A stretch of 64,000 bases of DNA from the human T2T-CHM13v2.0 reference genome, Homo sapiens, in NCBI RefSeq assembly GCF_009914755.1, contig NC_060936.1; one strand, written 5' to 3'. The translations under genes and the position numbers were made by a program. Of the stretch, positions 54,160 to 64,000 are shown piece by piece. How positions within the stretch are numbered: the first letter of the stretch is position 1; each line of letters starts with the position of its first letter. The notes below the pieces were generated by a model. It searched no databases and was not told the DNA's origin. It saw nothing but the letters and a program-made list of their open reading frames with translations.

Positions 54160-54495
54160 GGCGACAGACCGGAGGGGCGGAGGGGGCTGTGTGCTATATA
54201 CATCAGAGCTGTAGTGAGCATCCCACCCAGGGAGGGGACTCCGGGGCAGCAGAAGGTGGCGGCCTAGGCCACACCTGGACAATCACAGGCACAGGCTGGA
54301 GCCGGAGAGAAGAGCCTGAAATTCTCGTGACTGGGCTTGGCCGGGGATCTGGAAGGAGGAGCAAGAGGCCACAAGCCTTCCAGCGCAGAGCCGCGTTCTT
54401 GGGGAGCATGGGGTGGCGCTGGGGGTGTTGCCAATATGGGGGCGTGGGGAGCGGAGGGGAGGCGCTGGAGTGGCTGCGATGCTGATGCGTGCTCT

Positions 54496-60644
<6,149 letters not shown>

Positions 60645-62787
60645 TTAATCCCAGATATTCATGGGCTGGGTTTGCCTCCAAGGCAATAAGTTTGTTCCAG
60701 GCTACCAAACACACCTTGAAAATAAGCTGAAATGGTAAAAGTGCTAAGGTGGCAGGCTTACCTGGTGAGGGGGTGGTGCCTGGTGTTGCCCCATGTTTGG
60801 GCATGGCCTCCTCCTAGCTCTGTCTGACAGGACCCAGGAGGCACGCTCACCTGCATCAGGTGCTCAGCAGCCATCCCTCTGCCTATTAGCTGCACCTGGG
60901 CCCTGCAGAGCGGTGCCCAGCTCTGGAGAGGATAGAGTGGAGGAGGTGTGGGGAGGTTCTGCTTCTCTGAGTAGTGGAGACAGTGGAGCCCACTCACAGC
61001 TCTGGGAAAGTATCTTAATGGAAGGAGTGATGCAGGTCTCTCCACAATGACTGAGTGCACCGTATGTGCCCAGCTCTACGCTGGCCTTTGGGATGAAGCG
61101 CTGACCTCTCCTTCTCCCTTCTTGGAAAAAAGCCCAGAACTATCACAAATCTGCCTCCTGGGTTCTCCCTGTACCCCAAGCTTTAGTTCAGGAGGTAGTG
61201 ACCTTTTGGTTTATGACTATCTTTGGAGAAAAAGTCAAGTTAACACCTATGTATGTTGAGCAGACACTGGCAAAATCCAACATGCCTAATGTTTGTTTCT
61301 CTTTAAAACTTCCCAGAGAAATTATACACTATTACACATCTTGGGGTTTATCTATGGCTTCCTTTCTTGCTCCCCACATTTTGGCCTTTCTCTGGTTTTA
61401 GCTTAAGGCCTAGGGAACAAGAAATTCAAATGTCAAGTCAACAACAAATTCAGCAAATATTTACAGACTGCCAAATGTGTGCCAGGCCCTTTGCAAAACT
61501 CTGGAGACCCAGTCATGGACAAGACACACAGGGCCCCTGTGGGACCATTTTCTGTTTGAGAGATGTGCTCCTGAGAGTCGCCCATGCCCCCTCACAAACC
61601 CCAGAAAGCCAGATCTGGCAGAGCCGGCAGCACTATGGAATATGTCTGACTCCGAAAGCCTGAAACTCTCCCTGTCTGGGGTTGTTCAGAGGCTTATGAC
61701 TGGGCTTGGTTTGTCCAAAAGAAAGCCATCCTGCACACTCTGGAGCTGGCCAAGTTAGCTGCTTATCTCTCCAGGACAGGCCTTTTTTGTTCTGTCTGCT
61801 GCACATTGGGCCCTTCTAAGGGTGTGGTCTGTATGGCCCTGGCAGGAGCCTCCTTAGAATTGGGGGAAAGGATAGAGACTTCTTCAACACCCACTGGGTA
61901 GGGCTGGGAGTGGCCCAAGTGCAAAGGAAGTACAATTTTCTTCAGTGGCCTGGTTCTTCCATTTTATCCTTATCTCTCCCATGTGTTACCTGCCAGGCTG
62001 TGCAACATCCTAGCTCCTCCCCAGGATAAAACCATAAGCTCTCCAGGAGTTTCCAGTCTTGTTAATATACTGGGTGCCTTGAACCAAAGCACAGTGCTTT
62101 GCCAATAGTAAGTGCCATAAAGTTTGGTTTGTTGAAAAAATGAATTAGTCCATCAATTAATTATTAATGACTAATGGTTAAGCCCTTATACTGGATTACA
62201 ACCAGATAAAACTGGTTGAAAGCTAGTTCAACTCCCATTGCATGAGGTAGCACAAGCTAATTGAGATTATTTCAATGTGAGGAATCCAGACTTCTCAAAT
62301 TTGGTGTTCAGATTTAGAAAAATTTACATGCAAAATGAGTGTCACCTCCTCAGGGGAAAAAAATGTAGAATCACAGAATCAAGAACTAATCAATCAAGAA
62401 TCAATCAATTACAGAATCAAGTTGAAGTTGACTGGACATTTGAGGTCACACAATCTGCCCCGTTCATTGCTGGGATCCCCTCTCCAGCATCTCTGACTTA
62501 TATCCCTAATTTTCTGCAAGTTCTGCCCATGGACTGTGAAGTTAGCCCAGGCCTAGAGTGTGGCCACACAGGCTCCTCTCCTCTTTGCTCCCTCAAAGGC
62601 AATGAACCAAACCCAGGGCTAGACCAGATCCTCCCCATGACTAAGCATGACCAAAGCTATTTAAATTCTCTGCATTTCAGCATCATTAACCATAAAAGAT
62701 GATCAATCATCTCTGACCCTCTAGATCTCACAGGAACATAGCTAGATGAATGAAATATCTGCCAGTGTTTTAAGAAACATATCACAA

Positions 62788-63089
62788 GGCCAAATGTGGT
62801 GGCTCACGCCTGTAACCCCAATACTTTGCAAGGCTGAGGTGGGCAGATTGCTTGAGCCCAGGAGTTTCAGACCAGCCTTGGAAACATGGCAAAACACCAT
62901 CTCTATGAAAAAAATACAAAGATTAGCCGGGTGTGGTGTCATGTGCCTGTAGACCCAGGTGCTTGGGAGGCTAAGGTCGGAGGATCGCTTGATCCTGGGA
63001 GGTCAAGGCTGCACTGAGCTATGATTGCACCATGGCACTCCAGCCTGGACAACAGAACAAGACCCTTCTCAACAAAAGAAAAAGAAAAA
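62788..63089 (+). mobile_element. Alu (AluJ-like)
   Basis: TSD AAGAAACATATCACAA / AGGAAACATATCACAA. Confidence 0.9.
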
Positions 63090-64000
63090 AGGAAACATAT
63101 CACAAAAATTAGACCATATTTTTCCTTATAATATCTAAGAGAGCAGGATGGAGGACCTGCCTTTATGCCAGACAGAAATGAGGCTGCTGCTTGGTCTGGT
63201 GTGGGGTCTAGAGTCCAGGGCAATGAGTCTCTAGGAATTCCTAAACCCATAGTGATTCAGGGTACTTAGTGCCCCAATGGGGGGAGATCTTAGTCATTGC
63301 CAGAGCCCACTGATTCTGAGCCATGCTTGTCATTCCTTTAGAGGGAATTATCTTGGAGAAGAATCTTTGAGAAGCAACATCACAACCACTGCTGTCATCA
63401 GCTAGTCCTGGGTCGGGGACCTCCCCAGCAGATGGTGGAAGAAAAAGGAAGAAGGGCATAATCTATACTTACTCTTGGGGTTGGGATAGCAGAGAAGACA
63501 TGGCTTGACCTTTGAGAGGACAGGGAGCAAAACAAAGATTGGGGAATACATTCGTGGGACTAGAATGTCAATTCTGATCAGAGCTGTGAGTGAAGGAAGT
63601 GGTGGAAGGGGAGGAGATAATCAGTGAGTTGAAATTCTTATTGGTTGGGCCCATCCCTCTAAACTTGTAGGGCCTAATAAACACTTTGAGAAAACAGAGT
63701 TGGTTTACAGTCATCCCCAACACTTGAATTATCTGAAGTTTATTAACTAAGCGCCCTAAGTGTTTACTCCCTGGAGAAAAGAGTGAGTCACTGGATTGCA
63801 ATGTGTAAAATCAGAGACTCATAGGGTGCTATGGCCAGGAGGCTCTCCAGTCCACTCCTCTACCTCGAGGCAGAATTCACCTGGCCACTCCTACTCTTCA
63901 GGATCCCCATGGAAGGCGATTCATCAAATCTCCTAACTTGCCCAGGCCAGCAAGACCCCACCCTGACCCAAGGAAGGTCTTCAAGGATCTAGCTTTCGTG

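Noticed and set aside
62199-62233. Two overlapping short palindromes (CAACCAG...CTGGTTG; GTTGAA...TTCAAC)
   Set aside because: Stems of 6-7 bp are expected by chance in 64 kb.

Overview
Human (or very closely related great-ape) genomic DNA from the type II keratin cluster (12q13.13 by gene content). All keratin genes are on the minus strand. From left to right: (1) exon 1 and promoter of a decayed keratin pseudogene 'A' (118-805, continuing off the left edge); (2) a structurally unusual L1PA insertion (1454-2896) that carries a 269-bp, 99%-identical inverted copy of the promoter core of a MER52-type LTR lying 5.3 kb downstream; (3) a near-consensus REST/RE1 site (6049-6069); (4) a complete 9-exon keratin pseudogene 'B' (9143-18659) with a BTBD10 retrocopy in intron 4; (5) a MER11 solo LTR and an ARL2BP retrocopy; (6) intact KRT76 (9 exons, 638 aa); (7) an RPS28 retrocopy split by an Alu, a (GATA)n STR and an L1PA2-like fragment; (8) intact KRT3 (9 exons, 628 aa). 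I found no new multi-gene system. The most interesting observations are the chimeric L1/templated-LTR insertion, apparent exon-1 gene conversion between KRT3 and KRT76, the RE1 site, and the non-canonical 5' end of the BTBD10 retrocopy. Repeat subfamily names and pseudogene symbols come from memory of consensus sequences and were not checked against databases.
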